From Eledone cirrhosa (lineage: Eukaryota), in the NCBI GenBank assembly GCA_964016885.1, contig OZ024756.1:10912001-10976000 (forward strand): a DNA stretch of 64,000 nt. Reading direction: 5' to 3'. Positions within the stretch are counted from its first letter, which is position 1. The number at the start of each line of letters is the position of its first letter. The translations under genes and the position numbers were made by a program. The notes below the pieces were generated by a model, which saw only the letters and a list, made by a program, of their open reading frames with translations, was not told where the DNA came from and did no database searches. Positions 12,275 to 25,075 of the stretch are shown one piece after another.

Positions 12275-12972
12275 AACCTATAGTAACCTACCCTTTGGTA
12301 GCTTACTCTATGGTGACCTACCCTATGGTAACCTACCCTATGGTAACCTACCCTATGGTAACCTACCCTATGGTGACCTACCCTATGGTAACCTAGCCTA
12401 TGGTGACCTACCCTATGGTAACCTACCCTATGGTAACCTACCCTATGGTAACCTACCCTATGGTAACCTAGCCTATGTTAACCTACCCTATGGTGACCTA
12501 CCCTATGGTAACCTACCCTATGGTAACCTAGCCTATGGTGACCTACCCTATGGTGACCTACCCTATGGTAACCTACCCTATGGTGACCTACCCTATGGTA
12601 ACCTACCCTATGGTAACCTAGCCTATGGTGACCTACCCTATGGTAACCTAGCCTATGGTAACCTACCCTATGGTGACCTACCCTATGGTAACCTACCCTA
12701 TGGTGACCTACCCTATGGTAACCTACCCCATGGTAACCTACCCCATAGTAACCTACCTTATGGTAACCTACCCTATGGTGATCTACCCTATGGTAACCTA
12801 CTCTATGGGAACCTACCCTATAGTAATTTACCCTACAGTAACCTACCCTATGGTAACCAAGCCTATGGTAACCTACCCTATGGTGACCTACCCTTTGGTA
12901 ACCTACCCTATGGTAACCTACCCTATAGTAACCTACCCTATAGTAACCTACCCTATGGTAACCCACCCTATG
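12275..12972. repeat. 15-bp tandem minisatellite (ATGGTAACCTACCCT), ~46 copies
   Basis: Directly visible, with few variants (GGTGACC, CTAGCCT). Confidence 0.95.
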
Positions 12973-13279
12973 AGCTATGGCAAGTCATTGATATTATTAC
13001 AATCTCTACGTTAAATAGACGTAAAAAATATGAGATTCAGCTGGAAATAATTGTGGTGGGCTGCTAGAGTTATGGTAAGTGGTGTACAACAAGTGTTAGG
13101 CAGTTTCACTGTTTACCCCTCAGAGATAAAGGTTCACATTTTATATTCGGCGGACAAGTCGACCCCTGTTTTTGAAGAGATAATTTTAGGCTCCAAATGT
13201 CAATTTGTACACCAGCATATATATATATATATATCACAGAAAAAAAGAGAATCAGTGTTGCGACGAATGGAATTTATTG

Positions 13280-13375
13280 GACATATTACAATCGTTTCTC
13301 TGGTGACCAGCTCGAGGCCCGATCGATTTGATGATCGAACCTGACTCTGAAAATCGCAAGGTCCTCAGATACGTC
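13280..13375 (-). ncRNA. Hammerhead ribozyme candidate with long stem II
   Basis: Minus strand: GACGTAT-CTGAGGA-(~62 nt with inner hairpin AGGTTCGATC/GATCGGGCCT)-GAAA-CGATTG-TA-ATATGTC. Stem I is 7 bp, but the base of stem II is imperfect. Confidence 0.5.
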
Positions 13376-13397
13376 TTGATTCTACAAAGCAGATTTT

Positions 13398-13462
<65 letters not shown>

Positions 13463-13465
13463 ATA

Positions 13466-14520
13466 TTAAATAAATGGAAACTATATTTATAAAACCATAT
13501 TTATTCTATTATATATATTTCAAGGGTACCAAAACTTTGGTACGCTTTCATCAGATAAAATACAAAATTTGTTTTATAAATTTTGACATAACCAAGAAAA
13601 GATACCTTAACGGTTCAAGTTTTTCTTGGATAGTGAAGGGAAAAAAGAAGAAAAGTCAGATATTTCAAATTATTAAGATGAGTATGCAAATGAGGTTGAG
13701 GTATAGGGTTGAAAAAACGTTATTTTAGACGCTATGCAGGCTTTAAATAATTACGATATGTATGAGTAGGAATAAGAAAAAAAAAGAAAGAAGAGCTTGT
13801 GTTTACGTTAATTTAAAAGGAATTACCAATTTGCGGCAATGGTGGAATATGATTCCAGAATTTAAATTTATTTAGCTATATTATGAGTTTTAATATTGTA
13901 TATATCATCAATTGGATTATATGAAGAATTATGGTTGTAAGTAGATTTTATCTATTACATTACAATAGGTTGTAAATATATCTATATTTATATAGATTAA
14001 TAATTGTGCATGTGTAAGTATTATAGAAATAGAAATGTTTATATTTCTAATATGAGTTACGAAGGGTGTTGATTTTGCATTTTACATAAAAAAACACGTA
14101 GTACAAGTTGTAAGAGGAGAACAATTTGTAGATTCAAATATTTTGTTCCAACATTTAAAATGTTTTCAGAATATTGTTAATTTAGCGAAGTTATATAGTT
14201 TATCGTACATATTGTATTATAATATAATGTTTGCACGATTGAAAAGGGAAAGATAACTCCAATCTTGTTTGTTAACTGTTAAATTTGATGAATGATTTAC
14301 TCAGAAAATATAGAGAGAAAATTATATATTATTTTATGTGAGATTAATTTCAATTATATATTATTTTAGTCGAAAGATGTGTGAAAGTTTGAAGATCAAA
14401 AGAAGAGGAAAAAAGTAATGTGCTTTCGAAGAACTATCTTAAAGAGGATAAACTTTCAGAATGTCAATTAAAGATTATCAATCTACATCTAAAAAATATA
14501 TATTTAGAGGGGTATCATTA
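13466..14520 (-). mobile_element. Probable degenerate Penelope-like element (pseudo-LTR with hammerhead plus decayed AT-rich coding remnant)
   Basis: 13466-13640 is homologous to the hammerhead repeats at 40055-40250 and 52020-52342. The adjacent AT-rich region has no intact ORF, so its extent is inferred. Confidence 0.4.
13502..13562 (-). ncRNA. Minimal type I hammerhead ribozyme
   Basis: Minus strand: TATTTTAT-CTGATGA-AAGCGTACCAAAGTTTTGGTACCCTT-GAAA-TATATA-TA-ATAGAATA. Confidence 0.75.
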
Positions 14521-14629
14521 GGAAAATAATGTCAAAAGGTAAAAATAGTAAAAAAATAAAAAAATTAATGTCAAATGGTAAAAATAGTAGAAATATTTAA
14601 AAAGTTAAGAAGGAAGATCATTTAAAAAA

Positions 14630-14931
14630 ATTCAAAGAACGCTGGAATAACCATAAACATATTTAAGAGATCCGATAAAAAATCTTCCACTTCACTTTCA
14701 CATTTAATTTGGAACATAAAAGACAACAATATAGACTATTCAATATCTTTGGGAACGATTTCGAAAACACCTGCATACCAAAATATGGCTTTCTCAAGAT
14801 TCTGTATCTTGTGTATCGAAGAAATTTTTTATATAATTAACTGTCAAAACTCTATTAATCTTAAAACAGAATTATTTTCTACTTGCAGACATCGCCAAAA
14901 TTCCACTTTTAGAAGTATTTTTAATTTATGA
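14630..14931 (+). pseudogene. C-terminal part of a Penelope-like GIY-YIG endonuclease
   Basis: Translates (one frameshift) to FKERWNNHKH...STSLSHLIWNIKDNNIDYSI...AY...FCILCIEEIFYII...INLKTELFSTCRH, matching the PLE pattern FKxRxxNH...LSxxIWxxK...CxLCxxE...N...E....CRH. Flanked by ~100-bp inverted repeats (14527-14630 / 14995-15112). Confidence 0.7.
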
Positions 14932-15326
14932 TATTCGTTACACTTGACTATATCTTATACACCTTCAAAATGATCCTATTTTCTTTAAAAATTTAAATTT
15001 TTTTAAATGATCTTCCTTCTTAATTTTTTTCATATTTCTACTATTTTTACCATTTGACATGAATTTTTTAATTTTTTAATTTTTTAATATATTTTTTTAA
15101 CTATTTTTACCATATTATTATATATATATAATAGGTGCCCAGTGTATATTGGGAAGTGACCACAGTTAAAGTAAGTACTCAATATGTTAGTAGAGAAGAG
15201 ACATCTATATTTTATTGTAGAAATAACTTCTACAGGACTAGACCTGTTTCATTGGTGTGAAATAGCCAGGAAAGTCCATATATACATTTATTTATAAGAT
15301 ATATGTACAAGTGTGGGACTATATGC

Positions 15327-15517
15327 CATCATCATCATCATATGTCTGTCGTTTCTATACTTGTATGGGTGGGATGGATCTTTTCCAGCTCAGCATCCCT
15401 CCATTTATTGCATCCTTCATCATCTCCTCTGTAAGCTTCAGCTTTCTCATATCGCCATTAACCACTTCTGCCTTGGTCTTTCTTGGTCTCCATCTACTGC
15501 AGCTTCCTTCCACTAGA
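15327..15517 (-). mobile_element. Old RTE 3' fragment (short-UTR subfamily C)
   Basis: Minus-strand VEGSCSRWRPRKT.AEVV..D.RKL.LTEEM resembles the RTE C-terminus. (GAT)n tail. Confidence 0.7.
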
Positions 15518-15589
15518 ATGATAGATGTATCTGTATGTATGTGTGTGTGTCTGTGTGTGTGTATGTGCATTTATGTGTGTGTGTTAACT

Positions 15590-17830
15590 TAACCAAACTA
15601 CATACAATATATCCCACCTTATATAATATTAAACCAAGCTATATATAATATATCCCACCTTATATAATATTAAACCAGCTCTATATAATATAACCCACCT
15701 TATATAATATTAAACCAAGCTATATACAATATATCTCACCTTATATAATATTAAACCAGCTCTATATAATATAACCCACCTTATATAATATTAAACCAAG
15801 CTATATACAATATATCTCACCTTATATAATATTAAACCAAGCTATATACAATATATCTCACCTTATATAATATTAAACCAAGCTATATACTATATATCTG
15901 ACCTTACATAATATTAAACCAAGCTACCTACAATATATCTCACCTTATATAATATTAAACCAAGCTACCTACATTATATCTCACCTTATATAATATTAAA
16001 CTAAGCTATATACATTATATCTCACCTTATATAATATTAAACCAAGCTACCTACATTATATCTCACCTTATATAATATTAAACTAAGCTATATACAATAT
16101 ATCCCACCTTATATAATATTAAACTAAGCTACCTACAATATATCTCACCTTATATAATATTAAACCAAGCTATATATAATATATCCCACCTTATATAATA
16201 TTAAACCAAGCTACCTACAGTATATCTCACCTTATATAATATTAAACCAAGCTACCTACAATATATCTCACCTTATATAATATTAAATCAAGCTACCTAC
16301 AGTATATCTCACCTTATATAATATTAAACCAAGCTATATACAATATATCCCACCTTATATAATATTGAACCAAGCTATATACAATATATCCCACCTTATA
16401 TAATATTGAACCAAGCTATATACAATATATCCCACCTTATATAATATTAAACCAAGCTACCTACAATATATCCCACCTTATATAATATTAAACCAAGCTA
16501 CCTACAATATATCTCACCTTATATAATATTAAACCAAGCTACCTACAATATATCTCACCTTATATAATATTACACCAAGCTACCTACAATATATCCCACC
16601 TTATATAATATTAAATCAAGCTATATACAATATATCTCACCTTATATAATATTAAACCAAGCTACCTACATTATATCTCACCTTATATAATATTAAACCA
16701 AGCTATATACAATATATCCCACCTTATATAATATTAAACCAAGCTATATAGAATATATCTCACCTTATATAATATTAAACCAGCTCTATATAATATATCC
16801 CACCTTATATAATATTAAACCAAGCTACCTACAATATATCTCACCTTATATAATATTAAACCAAGCTATATACAATATATCCCACCTTATATAATATTAA
16901 ACCAAGCTATATACAATATATCTCACCTTATATAATATTAAACCAAGCTATATACAATATATCTCACCTTATATAATATTAAACCAAGCTATATACAATA
17001 TATCTCACCTTATATAATATTAAACCAGCTCTATATAATATAACCCACCTTATATAATATTAAACCAAGCTATATAGAATATATCTCACCTTGTATAATA
17101 TTAAACCAAGCTATATATAATATAACCCACCTTATATAATATTAAACCAAGCTACCTACAATATATCTCACCGTATATAATATTAAACCAAGCTATATAC
17201 AATATATCTCACCTTATATAATATTAAACCAAGCTATATACAATATATCTCACCTTATATAATAGTAAACCAAGCTACCTACAATATATCTCACCTTATA
17301 TAATATTAAATCAAGCTACTTACAATATATCTCACCTTATATAATATTAAACCAAGCTACCTACAATATATCTCACCTTATATAATATTAAATCAAGCTA
17401 TATACAATATATCTCACCTTATATAATATTAAACCAAGCTATATACAATATATCTCACCTTATATAATATTAAATCAAGCTATATACAATATATCCCACC
17501 TTATATAATATTAAACCAAGCTATAAACAATATATCTCACCTTATATAATATTAAGCCAAGCTATATACAATATATCCCACCTTATATACTATTAAACCA
17601 AGCTACCTACAATATATCTCACCCTATATAATATTAAACCAAGCTACCTACAATATATCTCACCTTATATAATATTAAACCAAGCTACCTACAATATATC
17701 TCACCTTATATAATATTAAACCAAGCTATATACAATATATCCCACCTTATATAATATTAAACCAAGCTATATACTATATATCTCACCTTATATAATATTA
17801 AATCAAGCTACCTACAATATATCTCACCTA
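15590..17830. repeat. 41-bp satellite (TTATATAATATTAAACCAAGCTATATACAATATATCTCACC), ~54 copies
   Basis: Directly visible, with interspersed variants CTATATAC/CTACCTAC and TCTCAC/TCCCAC. Confidence 0.95.
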
Positions 17831-18269
17831 TATAATGTTAACCTGTAGCTAGTTTTTCTCAGTCTTATGATTCTATTTCAACATTCAAGTCTTAGAAATT
17901 TATTACTTTTCTATCGATCAAAAGTTATCAAAACCATTTATTTTAAAATTTATCTTTTAAAGTTTTTTTTTTCTTTCTTTCCTTTCTTTCCTTTCTTTCC
18001 TTTCTTTCATTTCTTATTTGTTTCCCCCTCTCCTCTCTCTCTGTCCCCCCTCTCTCTTCTCCCTCATTCCTCTCTCTCACTCACCCCCCACCCTCTCTCT
18101 CCTCCTCTCTCTAGTTCCAGTCTTTCTACAGATATTTAAAGTAATGGATGTTTCTTCTGTTTTTTATTCTATATTATTACATCTCCTTCATGTTAAAAAG
18201 AAATAAGAGTTGACCAGGTCAGACATTTATCATCTGTCAGGAGTTGCACTATATTGCTGCACTATATTT

Positions 18270-18655
18270 CAGCAACACTTAACATGGAACCTGCTTATGT
18301 TAGCTGCACTATATTGCAGCAACACTTAACATGGAACCTGCTTACCTTACTGTGTCACGAAGAGGTGTAGTTGTTGCTAGAGGTGCAGCTGGTGATAGAG
18401 TTGCAGTTGATAGAGGTGCAGTTGTTACTAGAGGTGCAGTTATTGATAGAGGTGAAGTTGGTACTAGAGGTGCAGTTGTTGCAACACTTATCATGAAACC
18501 TGCTTACCTTACTGTATTGTTGCTAGAGGTGCAGTTGGTGCTAGAGGTGCAGTTGTTGATAGAGGTGCATTTGTTACTAGAGGTGCAGTTGGTGATAGAG
18601 GTGCAGTTGTTGTTAGAGGTGCAGTTGTTGCACTAGGAACATAGAACCTGCTTAC
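18270..18655. repeat. 18-bp minisatellite (AGAGGTGCAGTTGTTGCT) with duplicated GAACCTGCTTACCTTACTGT blocks
   Basis: Directly visible. The units resemble the adjacent sequence 18656-18699. Confidence 0.8.
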
Positions 18656-18699
18656 CTTACTGTGTCATGAAGAAGTGCAGTTGGTGCACTAATGTGTAA
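18656..18699 (-). other. Candidate 44-nt host exon (LHISAPTALLHDTV[R])
   Basis: Minus strand: acceptor TACTTTACAG | open frame | donor AAG-GTAAGC. No recognised protein match. Confidence 0.3.
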
Positions 18700-18728
18700 C
18701 TGTAAAGTATTTGATTAACTTGTACTAT

Positions 18729-18924
18729 TGTTGGGGAGAACACCCCTTTGGGATAAAAGAAATGGAATTGGTGGAGTATCATAAATAAGTAATGTGTCTC
18801 GTCAGGAGTTTGGTTGGAGTCTCAGGTAGTCAGAAGTTTCACCCGAGATAAAAGTCCAAAGGGTTATAAAAGTTGCGATCAGGTAGTTGAAGCTTGCGAT
18901 GGACTGTGGATTATTTATGCTCGA

Positions 18925-18955
<31 letters not shown>

Positions 18956-18999
18956 CTAAGCATGGAAGATTGGTTAACCTGCTTATTGAAGTTACAACA
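18729..18999 (+). mobile_element. Putative Gypsy LTR
   Basis: Bounded by TGTTG...CAACA and immediately upstream of the gag relic. No partner LTR seen. Confidence 0.35.
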
Positions 19000-19295
19000 A
19001 CAATAACAACAACAGCAACACATACAACAACAACAACAGCAACACATACAACAACAACAACAACACATACAACAACAGCAACACATACAACAACAACACA
19101 CAACAACAACAACAGACGCACACAACACAACAGCAACACACACAACAACAACAACAACAACAACAGCAACACAACAACAGCAACAGCAACACAACAACAC
19201 ACAACACACAACAACAACAACAACACCAACACAACAACACCAACACACAACAACAACAACAACAACAACAGCAACAGATACAACAACAGCAGCAG

Positions 19296-20090
19296 ATGTT
19301 AGAATTAATGTTAAAAAAGTCAGAAAGTACTTCAGGTTTGTTCACATCAGATGTCGTGGCAAACTCAATTGGAGGATTTGTGTACAAACCAGGTGTTACC
19401 TTTGCAGCATATTTCAGAAGATATGAAGAAATCTTCAAGGAAGAATGTCGTGGTTGGAATGACAAAAAGAAAGTAGGATTACTATTAAGGAAGCTTTCCC
19501 CTGCTGAACACAAAAAATATTGTTATTTTATTCTGCCAAAAAAGACAGGTGAGATTTGTTTCAATGAAACAAATAAAATTTTATCAAATATTTTCAGTGA
19601 AAGAAGTTCAATACTCGCTGTCAGTGTTTAAAGTTGGTGAAAAAAGATGAAGATTTTGTCACTTATGCTGGGGTTGTAAATAGAGAATGTGAAAGTTCCA
19701 ATTAAATGAATTAACCCCGGACATGTTCAAATGTCTAATCTTTGTACAAGGGCTGACTGCTAACAAAGATGCAGGAAATACGTTCCAGGATATTAACAAA
19801 GTTAGAACAAGACCAAAAATTGACACTGCAGGCAGTAGCAGAAGAATGCCAGAGGATTGTAAACTCAAGGCATGATACAGAAATAATTGAACATAGAGAT
19901 TGTTCACAAATCCATTTGGTTCAACCTAGAACGGATAAGAAGAAAGAAAAACCACAATTGTCAAGACCCAATCATGTTACGGGTGCGGAGGCTTACATTT
20001 TAAAAGTGACCGTCCTTACAAAAATTTAAAATGTTATGAGTGAGGAAAAGTTGGACATAAAAGCTCGCATTGTAGAGCAAAACAACAGAA
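19296..20090 (+). pseudogene. gag: Gypsy (Mag / K02A2.6-like) gag, frameshifted
   Basis: TFAAYFRRYEEIF...W.DKKKV.LLLRKL...EH.KY..FILPK; FVTYAGVVNREC; FKCLIFVQGL...IRSRILTKLEQD..LTLQ..AEECQRI; then decayed zinc knuckles (CYGCGG.H..., CY..GKVGHKSSHC). Preceded by a (CAA)n tract. Confidence 0.8.
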
Positions 20091-20094
20091 AAAA

Positions 20095-20902
20095 GGTATC
20101 TCGACAATGCTTGTTTGGGGGGGACCTCTGGATAAGGTTCACTCGCCACTGTTAACAATATGGTTGAGGAGCTTGGCCGTTGGGGTCTCCAAGTCAATAG
20201 CTCCAAATGTGAGCTCTAGATCCTCAACCACCCGGCTTCGCAACATCAACAGACAATTGACCTGTTTACAGAATCCTTCCCTTCCATTGTGGTGCCTCCC
20301 CCTGTCAGTTTGGTGCTCTTTAGGAGCCCCAATTACAGACCTTGCCTTCAAGTCAATCTTTCAATCGAAGATGGTTGGCCTTAAGCAGTTGCTGAAGAAT
20401 ATTGAAGCAATCGAACTCCATCAAGGTTTTTTCATACTCAGAAACTACCTTTCGATTCCTAAGCTTCTATATCTGCTCAGGGTCAGCCCTTCTCATAGAT
20501 TTCCATCCTGCCCCCAACGCTTCAATGACCTAATCTTTGAGAGACTCAAGTCCTTGGTCAATGTCAGACTCTCTCCAGAGTCCCGCGATCAGGCTGTATT
20601 GCTCAAGCGATTTGGGGGTCTTCATAAGTGTTTGTCCCTCTCTCTCCCTTGCTTTCTTTCCTCCACCCTGCTAAGCAGCACCCTCTCCTCTCCAATATGG
20701 GCTAGTTCCAGCAGGGAGTTTGCTGAAGTCCTCCAACAATGGAGTGAGTTGGGCTTGTCTGTTCCTGACAAGTCAGAGAACTTGGGACAGCATAAGTTCG
20801 AAGGCCACCTTCGACTTCCTCTTCGATCAGTTTTCAAGGTGCCGCTTACTGTCTGCCAGCACCAAATACTCAGGTGACTGGGTTGACACTCTACCCGTGG
20901 CT
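20095..20902 (+). pseudogene. CRE-like non-LTR retrotransposon RT fragment (degenerate)
   Basis: YLDNACLGG...GLQVNSSKCEL...LGAPI...LRNYLSIPKLLYLLR...QAVL..RFGGL...LSLPCFLSS...SGDWVDTLP. Homologous to 56859-58175. Confidence 0.75.
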
Positions 20903-20914
20903 AACATCATACTC

Positions 20915-21655
20915 ATCATCATCATTTTACGCCTGCTTTTCACTGCTTGCAAGTGTGGGATGGGTCCTTTTCAGCACAGCATCTCTCCATTCATCATAGT
21001 CCTTTGTCATCTCCGTGAGCTTCAGAGATCTGAGGTCAGCTCTCACCAACTCCGCCTATGTTTTTCGTGGACTTCCTCTACTGTGTCTTCCTTCCACTGG
21101 AGTTTCTTGGCACTTCTTTACCCAGCAGTCATCCTCCATGTGCATCACATGTCCATACCAACGCAGTCTTCTCTCCTGCACACTACAGTTTATTCCTTTT
21201 ATACCCAGTTTCACTTTCAACTTGTCCATGCTTGGTTGTTCGCATACATTGACATTGCACAGAGCATGCTTGCTTCACTTCTCTCCAGCCATCGCATATC
21301 TTCTGCAGTTGCTGCCCATGTCTCACTACCATGCAGCATCACGCATCTCACACAGGCATCATTTAACCAACTTTTTGTTCATAGCGAGAAACCCTTTGTG
21401 GTCAACAGAGGAAGCAGCTCCCTAAACTTCTTCCATCCTGTCCTTATTCTAGAATCTATGGCCTCTGAGCACCTTCCTCCCTTGTTAATCTGATCACCTA
21501 GGTATCGGAAGCTATCAACCACCTCTATAGATCCTACCTACATTTGAAAAATGTGCTTATCACTGACACTGCTATCAATTTTCCCTGAACATCTACCACA
21601 TATGAAGTTTTCCCTTCCTCTTAGTTTGCCTGCTATCCCACTACACCTCTTGTAT
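20915..21655 (-). mobile_element. Degenerate RTE 3' fragment (subfamily C, short 3' UTR)
   Basis: Minus strand encodes DSFRYLGDQI..GG.CSEA...RIRTGWKKFRELLPLL...MLHGSETWA...RRLRWYGHVM with disruptions. Ends in ...TTGCAAGCAGTGAAAAGCAGGCGTAAAATGATGATG. Confidence 0.85.
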
Positions 21656-21663
21656 TTATATAT

Positions 21664-22022
21664 ATCATCATCATTTTACGTCCGCTTTTCCTTGCTTGCA
21701 AGGGTGGGACGGGAACTGATTCTGGCTTGATTTTTACAGCTGGATGCCCTTCCTAACACCAACCTCATTTACAGTGAGTGCTGGGTGCTTTTTTTCCATG
21801 GCACCTCCACATCCACTTTACAGTGTGGGCTGGGTGCTTTTTTGCCGTGGCATCTCCACGACCACTTTACAGTGAGTGCTGGGTGCTTTTTTTGCCGTGG
21901 CACCCCCACGACCACTTTGCAGTGGAATGATAGGGACCCCAGTCCCTATCATCTCATTCCTACAGCTGAGTAAACTGGAGCAATGTGAAATAAAGTGTCT
22001 TGCTCAAGGAAACAACACATCA
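21664..22022 (-). mobile_element. tRNA-CORE SINE copy, 5' truncated, with three copies of the ~55-bp GCCACGG...CACTGTAAA subrepeat
   Basis: Reverse complement of 2312-2575 with extra internal repeats. Confidence 0.85.
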
Positions 22023-22402
22023 TGAATCAATCAACACAGGTTTGTAACAAGCTTGACTGGATATTAACTGGCACAACTAAATCAATACTAGTATTCACCT
22101 GTGTGATAAACGATGCTCGTTAAAGGTAGCAATCAATGACCACGAAACTGGTGTTAATTGGCAAATGTCAGATGAGTTACGTTTATAGGCTTTCTCTTCA
22201 TCTAAGTAGGGGGGCAGGTGACTGGATTGAAGTTGTGGGGGCAGGTGGGCAGTAAATGGCTGAGGTGTAGCATTGTGGAATATCTGGTAGCAACATTAAT
22301 ACACTCATATATATACATACAAACATATATATATATATAGATAGATAGATAGAGAGAGAGAGATAGACATAGACAGACATACACACACACACACATCTAT
22401 AA

Positions 22403-22434
<32 letters not shown>

Positions 22435-22446
22435 TGAGAGACATAT

Positions 22447-22477
<31 letters not shown>

Positions 22478-22527
22478 CACACATACACCCACACTATATA
22501 TGTATATATATACACACACACATACAA

Positions 22528-22570
<43 letters not shown>

Positions 22571-22603
22571 TACAAATATATATAGAGACAGACACACACA
22601 CCC

Positions 22604-22667
<64 letters not shown>

Positions 22668-23208
22668 TACAAATATATATATATATACACATCACATACA
22701 AATATATATATATATATATATATATACACACGCATACAAATATATATATATATACACACATACAAATATATATATATATACACACACATACAAATATATA
22801 TATATATATATATACACATACAAATCTATATATATATATATACACACACATACAAATATATATATATATATATATGTAGATAAATCTACCAAGAGTTTAC
22901 GGTAGTGTCCAATCCGTATGAAGAACTCAATGTAATCCGGATATCATGGAAAGAAGAGATGCAATGAAAAATCACTTTCGGTGAAAGATAAACGGAATAC
23001 AGAGTCAAGATAAAATATTAAAAAAATAATGAATAAAACAATGAAACAGTTCCTTATATTAAACAAAAAAAGTTCATTATTTAACGATCGTTTCTGGGAT
23101 ATATATGTGTTAGAATTGGCATGTATATTTAACAGATCTATGTACAAAATTATACAAAATTATACAAACTATCAAAATTAAATATACATGCCAACTCATA
23201 TATTTTTA

Positions 23209-23256
<48 letters not shown>

Positions 23257-23491
23257 TACAAATATATATATATATACACACACACATATTTTAATTTTAA
23301 TTATATCTCATATAAAATAATACAACTGGCTTTCCACAAAATACATATAGTTAGCACCCCAGACACTAAATTGGGTTTATACTAACGTATAACCTAATGT
23401 TTATTGAGTGAGATGGTTACCAGTCGGAGTTTAGCGTAAAGCTTTCTCTGTTATTGTATTAATATTTATATATATATATATATATACACAT

Positions 23492-23548
<57 letters not shown>

Positions 23549-23549
23549 T

Positions 23550-23588
<39 letters not shown>

Positions 23589-23592
23589 TACA

Positions 23593-23626
<34 letters not shown>

Positions 23627-23675
23627 TCATACACATACAAATATATATATATATATACACACACATACAAATATA

Positions 23676-24930
23676 TATCTTGACTTTGCGAAGGCCTTTG
23701 ACAAGATCGACCACGGAATGATATGTCACAAACTACACGGACTCGGCATAACTGGAAAAGTAGGTGAGTGGCTGCATGGCTTCCTGAGGGACAGAAGCCA
23801 GGCAGTCGCAGCAAATGGGGCCCTCTCGAGGGAAACACCGATAACAAGTGGGGTGCCTCAGGGGACAGTCCTGGGACCACTACTGTTTTTGGTGGCTCTC
23901 TCGGACATGCCCTCTGTGGTGCATGCAACAACATCCCTCACTAGCTATGCTGATGACACTAAGGTAGCACAGGCAATCAAAAACCCGGCTGACGCTGCCC
24001 TCTTACAGCAGGATCTGGATGCCATATACAGATGGGCGGAAGAAAACAACATGCAGTTTAATGCTGGCAAATTCCAAGCCCTACAATACAAACCTGCAAA
24101 CACAAACACAAATATAGCGGAACACAGCTACACAGGACCAGGAGGGACCGATATCCCCGTGTCAAAATCGATACGAGACCTGGGCATAGACATGAGCGAT
24201 GGTGCATCTTTTTCTTCACACATCATGAAGGTGGCGACAGCATGTAGACGATTCGCTGGCTGGATCTTGAGGACTTTCCTTACAAGAGATCGAGACACCA
24301 TGTTGATACTGTGGAGGACTTTTGTCCTAAGCCGCCTGGACTACTGCTCCCAGCTGTGGTCACCCCATAGTGTCAAACTAACCACAGAGCTTGAGGCAAT
24401 CCAGCGAAGCTACACCAAGAGGATTGCCAAGATGAGGGAGACAAGCTACTGGGAGAGGCTGAAGGAACTGAACCTCTACTCCTTGGAGCGAAGACGGGAG
24501 AGATACGCAGTGATCTACATGTGGAAAATCCTGGAGGGACTAGCACAAAACTTTGGCATTGGGAGCTGGACCAACCGTCGAACAGGACGTCACTGTGTGC
24601 TGCCAAAGGTCCCGTCTTCCACATCTAGAATAAGGAGCAGGTATTGCAATAGCCTGGGATTCAAGGGCCCTCAACTCTTCAACAGGCTGCCGAGGCATCT
24701 GCGAGACTTGCATGACGTGGAGGTGGATGTCTTTAAGAAACATCTCGACACCTTGTTATCCAGGATCCCGGATGAGCCCACAGCAAGACACGAGGGAAAC
24801 CTAAGGGCAGCAGCAACAAACTCCCTCCTACACCAGTGGCCAACCTATACAGGCTGGAGATAAAATGTGTAGCAACAAGGGCGGTGCCCCAGCATGGCCT
24901 CAGCCGGATGGCTGAAACAGGTAAAAGAGA
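23676..24930 (+). mobile_element. 5'-truncated CR1-group LINE with uninterrupted RT C-terminal ORF
   Basis: [14 protein letters not shown]...[14 protein letters not shown]...YADDTK...[10 protein letters not shown]...[10 protein letters not shown] (ORF 23718-24863). 3' tail GGTGCCCCAGCATGGCCTCAGCCGGATGGCTGAAACAGGTAAAAGAG. Confidence 0.9.
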
Positions 24931-24952
24931 ATATATATATATATACACACAT

Positions 24953-24995
<43 letters not shown>

Positions 24996-25075
24996 TACAA
25001 ATATATATATATACACACACACATACAAATATATATATATATATATACACACACATACAAATATATATATATATA

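Noticed and set aside
12478-13014. Pentapeptide-repeat ORFs (GYHRV / MVTYP)
   Set aside because: Translation of a stop-free 15-bp minisatellite on both strands.
13140-13225. pogo/Tigger-like TIR remnant (GCGGACAAGTCGACCCC)
   Set aside because: Too short and degenerate; no partner end.
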